A stretch of 64,000 bases of DNA from Candidatus Micrarchaeota archaeon (GCA_043812915.1 JBDRLQ010000004.1:56704-120703); one strand, 5' to 3'. Shown: positions 36,044 to 46,560, numbered from the stretch's first letter. Program-made: numbers and translations. The notes: a model not told the origin generated them from the letters alone.

Positions 36044-36151
36044 TTGCCTACACCTCCTTAGTTTCTTCTTTTTCCGAGGAAAGCTGATTGTGCGCTTTCC
36101 TACCTATATAGAAATCTAACATATATTTAAAGCTTTGTATCAGAATCCCAC

Positions 36152-36625
36152 TCAATTCCCATTTTCCTGGCTCGAGGCGCTCTCTTCGAGAGCTTCCTCG
36201 AAAAGCCGCTGGAGGGCGCTTTCAATTGTCGGGCCCCGCCCGGCCCTCCAGATTTTCAGGATGAGGGCGTCTTCGGATGTTTCCGTGCTTTCCGGCTCGG
36301 TATCATACCCAAGGCGAGCTCGTGGTGCGGATGCCAAATCAGCTGCGATACATGCCCCCTCAAGCGCGCTTTCAATGTCGCGTCCGGTAATGCCTATCAG
36401 TTTAAGTGCGATGGCTGTGCGCTCTTTATCATCACTGTCCGGGAATATATTCACCCGGTCCAGAAGGACTTTGGCATGCCTGGCAAGGTTGGCCCCCTCT
36501 GCCTTGGAATCCGGGGGGCCGCACATGATTATCGGGCGCTTCAGGACGCCTTCTGAAAGAAGCTCATGCTGGCGCCTGCTGTCACTCCTTGCTGCCGGTT
36601 TTTTCGAAACCTGGACTAAAGCCAT
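36152..36625 (-). CDS. Hypothetical protein
   Basis: 157-aa ORF, TATA-like box upstream. Confidence 0.55.
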   Translation of the reverse strand: MALVQVSKKPAARSDSRRQHELLSEGVLKRPIIMCGPPDSKAEGANLARHAKVLLDRVNIFPDSDDKERTAIALKLIGITGRDIESALEGACIAADLASAPRARLGYDTEPESTETSEDALILKIWRAGRGPTIESALQRLFEEALEESASSQENGN

Positions 36626-36699
36626 AACTAGTCATTTATGCACATAAGTTAAAAAATATGGGCATTTTCGGGTCTCTGGAAGATTCCGAGGAGGGCAGC

Positions 36700-38058
36700 T
36701 CACCTTCTGGCTATCAGCCGCCCGCCAGGCTCGGCCCCTCGCTGCTCAAGCTCGGCGACCACATATTCTCTTGGAGCATCCAGGAATCTCTGGGGAAGCT
36801 CCGCCCTCTCTAGCGCCCTCGCGACAGCCTCCAGCTGCCCGACGCTAAGGTCTCCCATTCCATTGCGGTATGGCGAGCCGTCCTCATGGGTCAGCCTCAT
36901 AGTATGCCTTTGGAGGCTGGTCGGCGAAACATACAGCTCCACTCTGACGCCCTCTTCCCCGCCGGTTCCAGGCGCCTCGACAATGGCGTATGGCTCCCGG
37001 GTGCGGCTGGGGTCCGCCCAGTTAGTGTATTCATTGAGCATCCTGGCCAGGGGCCGGATTCGCGTCCACATGGCGGTTTCGCTGATTTCCCCCTGCCTTC
37101 CAAGGCGCTCCATCTGCCTTATCAGGCCGCGCACCTCATCAGGCGTTGCCGCGGCCCTGAGGTCAGAGCCCGGCTCGAAGAGCCCATTTGGCATCAGTCG
37201 GTTTCCCCTGAAATATGATATCGTGGTTGTGACCAGCTCTCCTCTCCTCAGCGAAAGGCTGCCGAACACCTCCGCCCTCAAATCAGAGCCCGGAACCTCG
37301 ATTGTGGCCATGCGCGGGCGCCTCACCGAATACTCATCCTGGAGAACCCGTAGGGGGTTCCGCCCCACTGAGAAGTCGGTGCGGTATCTCGGGTCATTCT
37401 GAAGGATTTCCATCGGAATCGCCGAGGAATGGAGCCCTTCGAACGCCCCGACAAGCTCGTCATCAGTCAAAGACTCGACGCTAATCTGCCTGGAGCTGAA
37501 CTCATTCCCCCGGAACCAGCGCAAATCCTCAACCCTGAATCCCTGCTCGGTCTGCCCGACCGTGGCGTCAACGATTATGAAATCATTTGGGGCGGCCTCG
37601 ATATAGACACGGTAAGTCCCGAGAAGCGGCTCCTCTCGGCTCACCTCTGGAGATGCCTTCTGGAGCCTGCCCGAAACCAAATCAAGCTCACCGAAAACCT
37701 CGGTCCGCACTCCGGGCCTTGAGCCCTGGATTACCTCGGTCGGAGTGCCCCTGTCCTGAAATTCCTGCCGGAGAACCCTTGCCGGATTGCCACGCACGCT
37801 TTCAGAATGAAGGATGTATTCAGGGATGTTCGAGCCATAGAGGCTTTCGAAAACCTGTACAAGCTCGTCATTATCCAAATCAAAAGGATGTATCTGCTCT
37901 TCAGTCCCATCAGGCCTCTCCCTTGTCCAGCGGAGGCCTTCCACATAGAACCTGTCCGGAGCGGTGACAGATGTCATTTCCATAACTATGCGGTCCCCGC
38001 CCTCAAGCTGGGTGACTACCATATGCCCTTCCCTTCGTTCTCGCTCTTCACCTGCCAT
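36700..38058 (-). CDS. Hypothetical protein with internal ~140-aa repeats
   Basis: VEGLRW/VEDLRW, LDNDELVQVFESL/LTDDELVGAFEGL, NPARVL/NPLRVL, RTEVFGEL/RAEVFGSL. Confidence 0.7.
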   Translation of the reverse strand: MAGEERERREGHMVVTQLEGGDRIVMEMTSVTAPDRFYVEGLRWTRERPDGTEEQIHPFDLDNDELVQVFESLYGSNIPEYILHSESVRGNPARVLRQEFQDRGTPTEVIQGSRPGVRTEVFGELDLVSGRLQKASPEVSREEPLLGTYRVYIEAAPNDFIIVDATVGQTEQGFRVEDLRWFRGNEFSSRQISVESLTDDELVGAFEGLHSSAIPMEILQNDPRYRTDFSVGRNPLRVLQDEYSVRRPRMATIEVPGSDLRAEVFGSLSLRRGELVTTTISYFRGNRLMPNGLFEPGSDLRAAATPDEVRGLIRQMERLGRQGEISETAMWTRIRPLARMLNEYTNWADPSRTREPYAIVEAPGTGGEEGVRVELYVSPTSLQRHTMRLTHEDGSPYRNGMGDLSVGQLEAVARALERAELPQRFLDAPREYVVAELEQRGAEPGGRLIARR

Positions 38059-38123
38059 CAGGACACCAAATAAATTTCTGAAGTGTTGAATAAATGGAGA
38101 AAGCAAAAATAAAAAGGCGCCGT

Positions 38124-38870
38124 TTACTTATCTGGAAACAGCATGGTTATCCCATTCGCTTCCCTGGCTTGGCCGGCGGGCGCATGGTTGCTCCCTAGGA
38201 TTTTGTCAAGCGCCAGGCGTGATTTCTCCCGCACTTCCCTGGCGAGTTTTTCCGGCTCCCCCGCAACCGGCATGCAGCTGTCCATGCTCTTGGCGAGGGC
38301 GCCCACTGCCCCCAAATCCCCAATCTCCCCAAGCGCGGTGGCAGCTGCCCTGCGCACGACAAGGCTCGGGTCATTCAGCAGCGTTTCACATAGCGCTGGA
38401 ACCTCCTTGCCATCCCCAACCAATCCCAGAGCGAATGCGGCATTCTCACGAACTTCCATTCTCTCACCCATCTTCATAGTGATGATCAGTTCCGAGAGCT
38501 GGCCATCATCCAGTTCCCTCTTGCCCAGTTCCTTGGCTGCCTTCCTTCCCTGCGGGTGCCTTAGGTGCCAGGCCTCATATCTCAAATCAGGATACATCTC
38601 CCTTAACTCAGAGATCCGCTTCCTGTGCTTAATTGCGCGCTCAGCAATCCTCAACTCTCTCGGGCAGAATCCTTTCGGGGCCTTCAGCTCTGCCTGGGCA
38701 GGTCCGCGTAGGATGTCCATAAGCTCATGGAAGGTCTTTTCGGCGAAAGGGCCAAGGAGCTCAATTCGTTCTTTAGCCGCCAAGCTAATCCTGTTTGTCC
38801 CACCCCGCCTTATGGTTTCCCCTGCTTGCTTGGCAAAAGTCTGCATGGCTTTCCTCGCTGGTTCCCCCAT
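38124..38870 (-). CDS. HEAT-repeat (PBS lyase-like) protein
   Basis: VRENAAFALGLVGDGKEVPALCETLLNDPSLVVRRAAATALGEIGD. Confidence 0.85.
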   Translation of the reverse strand: MGEPARKAMQTFAKQAGETIRRGGTNRISLAAKERIELLGPFAEKTFHELMDILRGPAQAELKAPKGFCPRELRIAERAIKHRKRISELREMYPDLRYEAWHLRHPQGRKAAKELGKRELDDGQLSELIITMKMGERMEVRENAAFALGLVGDGKEVPALCETLLNDPSLVVRRAAATALGEIGDLGAVGALAKSMDSCMPVAGEPEKLAREVREKSRLALDKILGSNHAPAGQAREANGITMLFPDK

Positions 38871-39018
38871 CCCACATTCGTGGGAGAGATATATAAATTG
38901 ATGAGTCCTAAAATCCTTTTAAAACTATGTTTAACCACTAAAGATGACACGCGGCACGCCCGCCCCGCCGCCCGGCATTCCAATACAATAAAAAATACTC
39001 TCCCGTAAGATACGGATT

Positions 39019-40706
39019 ATGCCTACTCTTGAAGAAATCATCAGGAAGCACGTTCTGAAAAACGCTTATGATTACGGAAAGGCCAATCCGGGGGCTGTCG
39101 CGGGAAAAGTGATTGCGGAGTATCCGGATGCAAAGGAGGACATGAAGTCTGCCATGGCCCAGATAAACAAGAGCGTCAGGGAAGTATCCATGCTCTCGAA
39201 GGAAGAGATAGGCAAGGAGATGGAGAGCTTCACTTACGCCCAGAGGAAGGAAGAGAAGAAAGGGATTGAGCTGCCTGAGGCGGAAAAAGGCAAGGTGGTA
39301 ACAAGGTTCCCCCCAGAGCCCGCCGGCTTCCCCCACATCGGTCACGCGAAGGCGGCATGGCTGGATTACTCCGCCGCAGAAGCCTATGGCGGGAAGATGG
39401 TCCTCAGATTCGATGACACCAATCCCGCCAAGGCCTCTTTCGAATATGTGAGTGCAATCAAGGAGGGCCTGGAATGGTGGGGATCGGATGGGCAGAAGAG
39501 ACTTTCACATCGGACCGGATGCCTGAAATCTACAGGTTCGCGGCACGGCTGATAGAGACCAATTACGCGTATGTGTGTACCTGCACCCAGGAGCAGGTGA
39601 GCCAAGGGAGGACGGACGGCAAGCCGTGCGCGTGCAGGAAGAAGGGCTGGGGCGAGCATCTGCGGCTCTGGAACCAGATGCTTGAGAACACGTTCAAGGA
39701 AGGGGAGGCCATCCTGCGTTTCAAGGGCGACCTGGAATCGCTGAACACCGTCATGCGGGATCCCGCCCTGGCGAGGATAATCGAGAAGAAGCACTACAAG
39801 CAGAACTCCAAGTACCGCGTTTGGCCCGGCTATGACCTTGCTGTTGCTGTGATGGACCATCTGGAGGGCATCACGCACCCTATGCGCACCAAGGAGTATG
39901 AATTGCGCAATGAACTCTACTACGCGATATTCGACGCCCTCAACTTCAAGAGGCCGGTTCTGATTGAATTTGCCAGGCTCTCAATCAAGAACGCGCCGGT
40001 GGGCAAGCGCCTGATCAGGCCCCTGGTGGAAGATGGGAAGGTGATGGGCTGGGATGACCCTAGGCTTCCCACGCTCGCGGGGCTCAAAAGGAGGGGGCTC
40101 CTCCCGGAGGCGATAAAGAAATTCGTTCTTTCGTTCGGCTTGTCCAAAGTGGAGAGCGAGCCGGACTGGGAAGCGCTGCTCTCTGAAAACCGGAAGCTTC
40201 TCGATTCGCAGGCGGACCATTACTTCTTTGTCGAGAATCCGGTCAAGATTGTGATCAAGGGGCTTGAAAGGCAGAAGGCGAAGCTGAAGCTCCACCCCAA
40301 GCAGGACAAGGGATTCCGCGAGCTAGAAGTCACGGATACTCTTTTCATAAGCAAAACAGATGCCGAAGCGCTCGAGGATGGCGAGATATTCAGGCTCAAG
40401 GACCTGTGCAACGCGAAACTGCTGAAAAAGGGCAAAACGCTTGAGGCGGAATTCGCGGGGGATGAGCTAGTCCCCAAAAAGCTGCAGTGGGTGCCTGAAA
40501 AACACCTGGAATGCGAGGTGCTAAAGCCGGGCGATTTGCTCGATGAAAAAGGGGAATACAATCCGAAGAGCTTGGAAAAAATCAAGGGCTTTAGCGAAAT
40601 ATCATGCAAGGGCCTTAAGGAGGGGGACATTATCCAGTTCGAGAGATTCGGGTTCTGCAGGCTCGACAAATCCGGTGAAAAACTAGAATTCATTTTCTCC
40701 TGCTGA
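39019..40706 (+). CDS. gltX: Glutamate--tRNA ligase, split by a 1-nt frameshift near 39478
   Basis: TRFPPEP...HIGH and LRFDDTNP in frame 1; [33 protein letters not shown] in frame 2. Confidence 0.93.
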
Positions 40707-40757
40707 GGGCAAAACATTTATTTATTCTCCCTGAAAGGATGATTCCAGGTGAATCCC

Positions 40758-41258
40758 ATGGCCGCAATAAACTTCAAAGGAATCCTCCGTGCTTCAGTCA
40801 AAAGTACAGTAATAGGTGTAGGGCTCGTGCTTCTAGTGCGCTTCATGATGATTGTCGACCACTTGCTTGGCTCCAGTTCTGAGGGCCGCATTGTCGGCCT
40901 CATCACGATGGCCCTTAGCGCCTTGATGCTGCCGGCATTCCTGTCCCTTTATCTCTGGACCGGATTCCAGGCAAAGCGGATCCTTGGCCTCAGGACAAGG
41001 GAAGCTGGTGCTGCAGCTGCGCTGGCGTTTGCGGTGGCCAGCATTTTCAGGATTGTCCTCGATGCGCTGCTGTCCATCCTCCAGGTCGATACTGTCCTTC
41101 GCTACCAGCTTAGCCCCGAGATGCTGGGCATTCCCCTGGTCTTCGAAGACCTCTGGGTCGTCGGGATAAGCCTGTGCGCCCTTGGCGGCCTCGCGCTCGG
41201 CCTGGTAATAAACTTCGTTGTCGGCATGTGCGGAGCCATCCTTTCAGAGAACAGATGA
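40758..41258 (+). CDS. Hypothetical membrane protein (about 4 TM)
   Basis: Four hydrophobic stretches; SD GGTGA. Confidence 0.7.
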   Translation: MAAINFKGILRASVKSTVIGVGLVLLVRFMMIVDHLLGSSSEGRIVGLITMALSALMLPAFLSLYLWTGFQAKRILGLRTREAGAAAALAFAVASIFRIVLDALLSILQVDTVLRYQLSPEMLGIPLVFEDLWVVGISLCALGGLALGLVINFVVGMCGAILSENR

Positions 41259-41373
41259 AGGAAAGTTGTCAATTATCGTCTAGAATGCAAAACGGTTCTC
41301 CTCGGAGAACTTCAGTTTTTTATTCTTTTTCCCCGATATCACTAAGCTCTTTCTAGTAAAGGCGGTGAGGCAC

Positions 41374-44300
41374 ATGGCAATAGACAAGATACAAAAACGA
41401 GACGGGAGCGTCGATGATTTTAACAAGCAGAAAATTGTGAATGCCGTATTCAGGGCGGCAGAGTCGGTGGGCGGCTCAGACCGGATAGAAGCCGAGAGGG
41501 TAGCCGACAAAGTGGTGGAAATCGCCTCTTCCAAATTCAAGGAGGGCTATGTTCCCACAGTCGAGGACATACAGGACCTTGTGGAGAAAGCGCTAATCGA
41601 GACCGGCCATGCGGCGACCGCGAAGGCGTACATAATCTACAGGCACAGGAAGAACGTCGAGAGGGAAATGAAGCGGATTCTCGGAGTCAAGGACGACCTG
41701 AAACTACCGATAAACTCGGTCCAGGTGCTGGAGCGCAGATACCTCCTTAAGGATGATGAGGGGAGGGTCATTGAGACTCCCAGCCAGATGTTCGCCCGTG
41801 TCGCGAAATTCATCGCCTCCAATGAATCGAACTACGGGGCTGATGAAAAGACCGTGCAGTACTATGAGCAGGCCTTCTACCAGATAATAACCAACTTCGA
41901 GTTCCTTCCGAATTCGCCCACGCTCATGAATGCCGGAACTGAGATAGGCCAGCTGGCAGCGTGCTTCGTGCTCCCGGTCAAGGATGATATCGGGGAGATA
42001 TTCGATGCTGTCAAGCACGCGGCGATAATCCACAAGACTGGAGGCGGAACCGGATTCTGCTTTTCATACCTGCGCCCGAAGGGCGATTACGTAAAAAGCA
42101 CCGCCGGGGTGGCCTCGGGCCCGCTCTCCTTCATGAGCGCTTTCGACAATGCCACAAACGTAATCAAGCAGGGCGGCAAGAGGCGCGGGGCAAACATGGG
42201 CGTGATGCACGTATGGCACCCGGACATCGAGGAGTTCATCACCGCCAAGCAATCCCCCGGAGTCCTTGAGAATTTCAATGTCAGCGTTGCGGTTACTGAT
42301 GACTTCATGAAGGCGGTTGAGGAGAATGCGGATTTCGAGCTCCTCAGCCCCAGGAACAATGAGCCGGTGAGGAAGACCAACGCCCGTTCACTCTTCAAGC
42401 TGATTTCATACAGCGCATGGAAATCTGCGGAGCCGGGGGTGCTCTTCATCGACACGATAAACAATGACAATCCAACGCCCACGTTTCCCATCCACGCGAC
42501 CAATCCCTGCGTTTCCAGGGACACGATTGTAACAACCAATGAAGGGCTTATTGAAATTGACAAGGTTCACAATCCTCACCATGTATTGGGGAAGGACGGC
42601 GAGTATCATCCCCTTACCTGGGCAGGTCAGACTGGTGAGAAGGACGTTTATCTTGTAAAGACCAATGCCGGCTATGAGGTCAAGGCAACTGAGGATCACA
42701 AGATGCTCACAGAGAATGGGTGGAAAGAAGTCAAAGAGCTTGACGCGAAGGACAAGCTTGTTCTTCAGAAAGCAGGCAATTTCGGAAAATCCCATGTTGA
42801 TAAGGAGATGGCAATGGCCCTTGGCTGGGTGATTGGCGATGGCCACATGACAAAGAACGTTGATGATGTCATCTTTTACTTCGGAAAGAATGAGAAGGAG
42901 GAACTGCTTCCTGTTTTCAAGGAGTACTTTGATGCCATGAATGGCAGTGAGGTCCAGCCCATTGAGGATGAGACTGAAATCAGGCTGAAATACTCCTCTG
43001 AAATCGCAAAGAAATTCCATGAGCTAGGGGTGGTGCCCGTGAAGTCCCATGAGAAGGAAGTTCCTTCCTCCGTATTCTCGATGGACAAGGAATCGATGAA
43101 ACAATTCCTTTCCGCGTTATTCTCTGCAGATGGCTCTGTGCAAGGCAGCAAGGAGAAAGGCATAAGCATAAGGCTCGCTTCTAATTCATCGAAGCTTCTG
43201 AAGCAGGTGCAGGTGCTTCTTCTCCAATTCGGAATAGTCTCCAAGTTATATGAGGGGAGAAGGCCGGAGCACACCAAGGTTCTTCCTGACTCAAACAGGG
43301 AGCCAAAGGAGTATGCCTGCAAGGCACAGCATGAGCTCATCCTGAGCCGGGAAAGCATGTTCAGGTTCATGGATGAGATTGGATTTGTTGTTTCTGCAAA
43401 GAATGAAAAATTCGAGGAGCTGAAACCCTCTGAGATGTATGCAGATAGTATCGATACCTCGATAGCCTCGGTTGAGAAGGTTGGGACAGAGCCTGTCTAT
43501 GATTTGACAGAGCCATCGACCCATTCCTTTTCCGCAAATGGATTGATTGTCCACAATTGCGGTGAGGTCCCAATGCCGGATTTGGAGTCATGCAACCTGG
43601 GGAGCATCAATCTCTCCATGTTCGTTGACCTCGACTGGACAAAGACCGACTGGAAGAAGAAAATCGACTGGGACAGGCTGCGCTATGTCGTTCGCCTTGC
43701 AGTCCAGTTCCTCGACAATGTCATTGACCTGAACAACTATCCATTGCCCCAGATCGAGGAGCAGACAAAACACAACCGCCGGATGGGCCTCGGGGTGATG
43801 GGCTTTGCGAAGATGCTCGTCAAGATAGGGGTGCGCTATGACTCCCCACAGGCGCTTGAAGTCGCGGCCGAAATCATGAGCTTCATTACAGAGGAAGGAA
43901 GGAAGATGAGCCATGAGCTTGGGCGCGCAAGGGGTTCATTCCCAGGATTCAGGGAGAGCGTGTGGGCAGGCAAGTATGATTCAATGCGCAATGCGACGAT
44001 TACCTCCATCGCGCCGACAGGTACAATCTCCATGATCGCGGACACCTCCAGCGGCATTGAGCCGATATTCGCCCTCGCCTTCATCAAGACGGTTATGGAT
44101 GGGACCAAGCTCTACTACTCAAACGAGGTCTTCGAGCACGTCCTGAAAGTGCGCGGCCTGTACACGCCCTCGCTGATGCAGAAGGTGATTGATGGCGGCT
44201 CCATCCAGGGCATCGAGGAGATTCCCCAGGAAATCAAGGACGTATTCGTTGTGGCGCATGACATCAGCGCGCAGGCGCATGTCCGCATGCAGGGCGCGTT

Positions 44301-44580
44301 CCAGGCGAACACCGACCTTGCCGTCAGCAAGACGATAAACATGCCCCCTGAGACAACAGTTGAGGATGTGGAGGCTGCATACCTCCTTGCCTGGAAGCTG
44401 AAATGCAAGGGAATGACAATCTACCGGGACGGGAGCCGCGGCGAAGGGGTCCTTAGCATGGTCAAGAAGAAGAAAATAGAGGAGACCAAGCAGGAGGAAG
44501 TTGAGAAGGGCGAGGATGTCCCTTCGGTGTACACAAGGAAGCCTAAAGAGGAAGTGGTTCAGGCTGTTGCCTCTAAATAG
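41374..44580 (+). CDS. nrdJ: Adenosylcobalamin-dependent (class II) ribonucleotide reductase with ATP-cone and intein
   Basis: IQKRDGS ATP-cone, FLPNSPTLMNAG, ACFV, GGGTG, RRGANM, TNP[intein]CGE, SCNLGS, IAPTGTIS, AVSKTINM, KGMTIYRDG. Confidence 0.95.
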   Translation: MAIDKIQKRDGSVDDFNKQKIVNAVFRAAESVGGSDRIEAERVADKVVEIASSKFKEGYVPTVEDIQDLVEKALIETGHAATAKAYIIYRHRKNVEREMKRILGVKDDLKLPINSVQVLERRYLLKDDEGRVIETPSQMFARVAKFIASNESNYGADEKTVQYYEQAFYQIITNFEFLPNSPTLMNAGTEIGQLAACFVLPVKDDIGEIFDAVKHAAIIHKTGGGTGFCFSYLRPKGDYVKSTAGVASGPLSFMSAFDNATNVIKQGGKRRGANMGVMHVWHPDIEEFITAKQSPGVLENFNVSVAVTDDFMKAVEENADFELLSPRNNEPVRKTNARSLFKLISYSAWKSAEPGVLFIDTINNDNPTPTFPIHATNPCVSRDTIVTTNEGLIEIDKVHNPHHVLGKDGEYHPLTWAGQTGEKDVYLVKTNAGYEVKATEDHKMLTENGWKEVKELDAKDKLVLQKAGNFGKSHVDKEMAMALGWVIGDGHMTKNVDDVIFYFGKNEKEELLPVFKEYFDAMNGSEVQPIEDETEIRLKYSSEIAKKFHELGVVPVKSHEKEVPSSVFSMDKESMKQFLSALFSADGSVQGSKEKGISIRLASNSSKLLKQVQVLLLQFGIVSKLYEGRRPEHTKVLPDSNREPKEYACKAQHELILSRESMFRFMDEIGFVVSAKNEKFEELKPSEMYADSIDTSIASVEKVGTEPVYDLTEPSTHSFSANGLIVHNCGEVPMPDLESCNLGSINLSMFVDLDWTKTDWKKKIDWDRLRYVVRLAVQFLDNVIDLNNYPLPQIEEQTKHNRRMGLGVMGFAKMLVKIGVRYDSPQALEVAAEIMSFITEEGRKMSHELGRARGSFPGFRESVWAGKYDSMRNATITSIAPTGTISMIADTSSGIEPIFALAFIKTVMDGTKLYYSNEVFEHVLKVRGLYTPSLMQKVIDGGSIQGIEEIPQEIKDVFVVAHDISAQAHVRMQGAFQANTDLAVSKTINMPPETTVEDVEAAYLLAWKLKCKGMTIYRDGSRGEGVLSMVKKKKIEETKQEEVEKGEDVPSVYTRKPKEEVVQAVASK
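42508..43557 (+). mobile_element. Intein (350 aa) with LAGLIDADG homing endonuclease
   Basis: Starts CVSRDT, block B ATEDHKML, ALGWVIGDG and FLSALFSADG, VYDLT, ends IVHN before C+1. Confidence 0.95.
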
Positions 44581-44626
44581 CCCCTTCCCACACTTTTTTT
44601 AAATTCTTCTGTGCATCTATTTCCAT

Positions 44627-45352
44627 ATGTCCGCACAGAAAATCGATTTACCCAGAAAATACAAGGAACTTGAAAAGAAGCAGATAGCAAGGCTTCCAAG
44701 GCCAAGGGCAAACGACTTCAACGGCAGGTTCAGGCTTGCTTTGAAATCCAGGCTTCCTCTTGAGGGCGAGAAGATGGGGCATCCGGAGAAACTCTCTGAA
44801 GTTTTAGGAGGGATGCTAACAAGCGCGACTCTTGAGTTTAGGCCAGGCAAGAAAGTCCTTATCGGGACATTGGAAGGGGTCGACGCTTCAGTTACCTCCG
44901 CAATCACGATAATCAAGAGGGTGGATGAAGTCCATGAGCTGGCCTTCATCATGCTTGAGGCAAGAATGGAAGGGCTGATAAGAGACATGGCGAAAAACGA
45001 GAGGCGTCCGATAATGTGGGCGTCAGAAGGCGGAGGCCGACCAAAAGTCGACTTCAACATGTTGGCTGAACAAGCAACCATGGAAAGGAGGCAGAAAGCC
45101 GAGTATTCAGCTCTTTATTCACTAACCGAGGCCGTCAAGGGCTATGCTGACACCTACTTCGACGGAATCGTCCTCTTCTCGCCAGAGCATGGAATCACTT
45201 CGATTTCCGTAGTGGTCGAGTTAAAGCAGACCCAGGCAAAAGGACCGCACGCGCAAATAAAGAGAATCGGCTCGTGCGACATGTGGCATGTCCTTTCCCA
45301 GGAAGGAAATTTCCTGAACCTTGGAAATACGGCATTCCTTGCAATCGAGTGA
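44627..45352 (+). CDS. Hypothetical protein
   Basis: 241-aa ORF, TTTTAAAT box about 23 nt upstream. Confidence 0.6.
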   Translation: MSAQKIDLPRKYKELEKKQIARLPRPRANDFNGRFRLALKSRLPLEGEKMGHPEKLSEVLGGMLTSATLEFRPGKKVLIGTLEGVDASVTSAITIIKRVDEVHELAFIMLEARMEGLIRDMAKNERRPIMWASEGGGRPKVDFNMLAEQATMERRQKAEYSALYSLTEAVKGYADTYFDGIVLFSPEHGITSISVVVELKQTQAKGPHAQIKRIGSCDMWHVLSQEGNFLNLGNTAFLAIE

Positions 45353-45452
45353 CTTCTTTCTTCATTTTTTACCCCTTTTTTCAGGGGATAGCGCAACTTT
45401 TTTATACTTCGCCATCCAATTACGTTCAATTAGAATGGTTGAGGGACGAATT

Positions 45453-46559
45453 ATGAAGACCACAGTCAGCATTATCAAGGCAGATGTAGGAGGATTCCCC
45501 GGGCATGCGACAGTCCACCCGGCGCTCATGAGGAAGGCAGGGGAGGAGCTTGAGGCAGCAAAGAAATCCGGGGAAATCAAGGATTATTTCGTTGCAAAGT
45601 GCGGGGATGATCTGGACCTTATACTTTCACATGACAGGGGGGTGGACGACGAGAGCGTGCACAAGCTCGCCTGGAATACCTTCGTCGCGTGCACGGAAGT
45701 CGCAAAAAAGATGAAGCTCTATGGCGCTGGACAGGACCTGCTCGCAGACACATTCTCAGGGAATGTCAAGGGCATGGGGCCAGGCTCTGCTGAAATCGAG
45801 TTCGAGGAGAGGAAGAGCGAACCCCTCCTGACTTTCCTTATGGACAAGACAGAGCCCGGAGCGTTCAACCTGCCCATCTACAAGATGTTCGGCGACCCGT
45901 TCAACACCGCAGGCCTTGTGATTGATGAGTCCATGCACGCCGGATTCGCTTTCGAAGTGTATGACGTCATGGAAAACAAGAGGGTTATCCTCAACACTCC
46001 GGAAGAGACTTATGATTTACTCGCATTAATAGGCGGAAAGAGCCGCTATGTAATCAAGAGGGTCTACCCTAGGGGCGGAAAGACCCCGAAGGAGGAGGCG
46101 GTCGCATGCATCTCCACGGACAAGCTATCGAAGATTGCGGGCAAATATGTCGGAAAGGACGACCCTGTCGCGATGGTCCGCTGCCAGTCGGGCCTTCCTG
46201 CTGTCGGCGAGGCGCTTGAGCCATGGGCTTTCCCGCATCTCGTATCGGGATGGATGAGGGGCTCCCACAATGGGCCTCTCATGCCCTGCGGGATGGATGA
46301 TGCCAATCCCTCCAGGTTCGACGGCCCGCCAAGGGTTGTGGGCCTGGGGTTCCAGGTGGCTGACGGCATGCTCGGAAAGCCGCACGACTTCTTCAGGGAT
46401 GCGGCGTATGACGCTGCGAGGAAGCAGGCCGCGTACATATCTGACTACATGAGGAGGCACGGCCCGTTCGAGCCGCACAGGCTTCCAGCAGAGGACATGG
46501 AATACACGACGCTTCCGGCGGTCCTGAAAAAGCTTGAGGGCAGATTACAGGAGATGTGA
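45453..46559 (+). CDS. fbp: Fructose-1,6-bisphosphate aldolase/phosphatase (class V FBPase)
   Basis: IKADVGG, YGAGQDLL, DKTEPGAFN, YVGKDDP, GWMRGSH, GPFEPHRL. Confidence 0.97.
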   Translation: MKTTVSIIKADVGGFPGHATVHPALMRKAGEELEAAKKSGEIKDYFVAKCGDDLDLILSHDRGVDDESVHKLAWNTFVACTEVAKKMKLYGAGQDLLADTFSGNVKGMGPGSAEIEFEERKSEPLLTFLMDKTEPGAFNLPIYKMFGDPFNTAGLVIDESMHAGFAFEVYDVMENKRVILNTPEETYDLLALIGGKSRYVIKRVYPRGGKTPKEEAVACISTDKLSKIAGKYVGKDDPVAMVRCQSGLPAVGEALEPWAFPHLVSGWMRGSHNGPLMPCGMDDANPSRFDGPPRVVGLGFQVADGMLGKPHDFFRDAAYDAARKQAAYISDYMRRHGPFEPHRLPAEDMEYTTLPAVLKKLEGRLQEM

Positions 46560-46560
46560 A

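Noticed and set aside
35790..36101. RNase P RNA call for the structured leader
   Set aside because: GGAAAG and GCTTA fragments are present but the P4 pseudoknot complementarity and ACAGAA motif are missing
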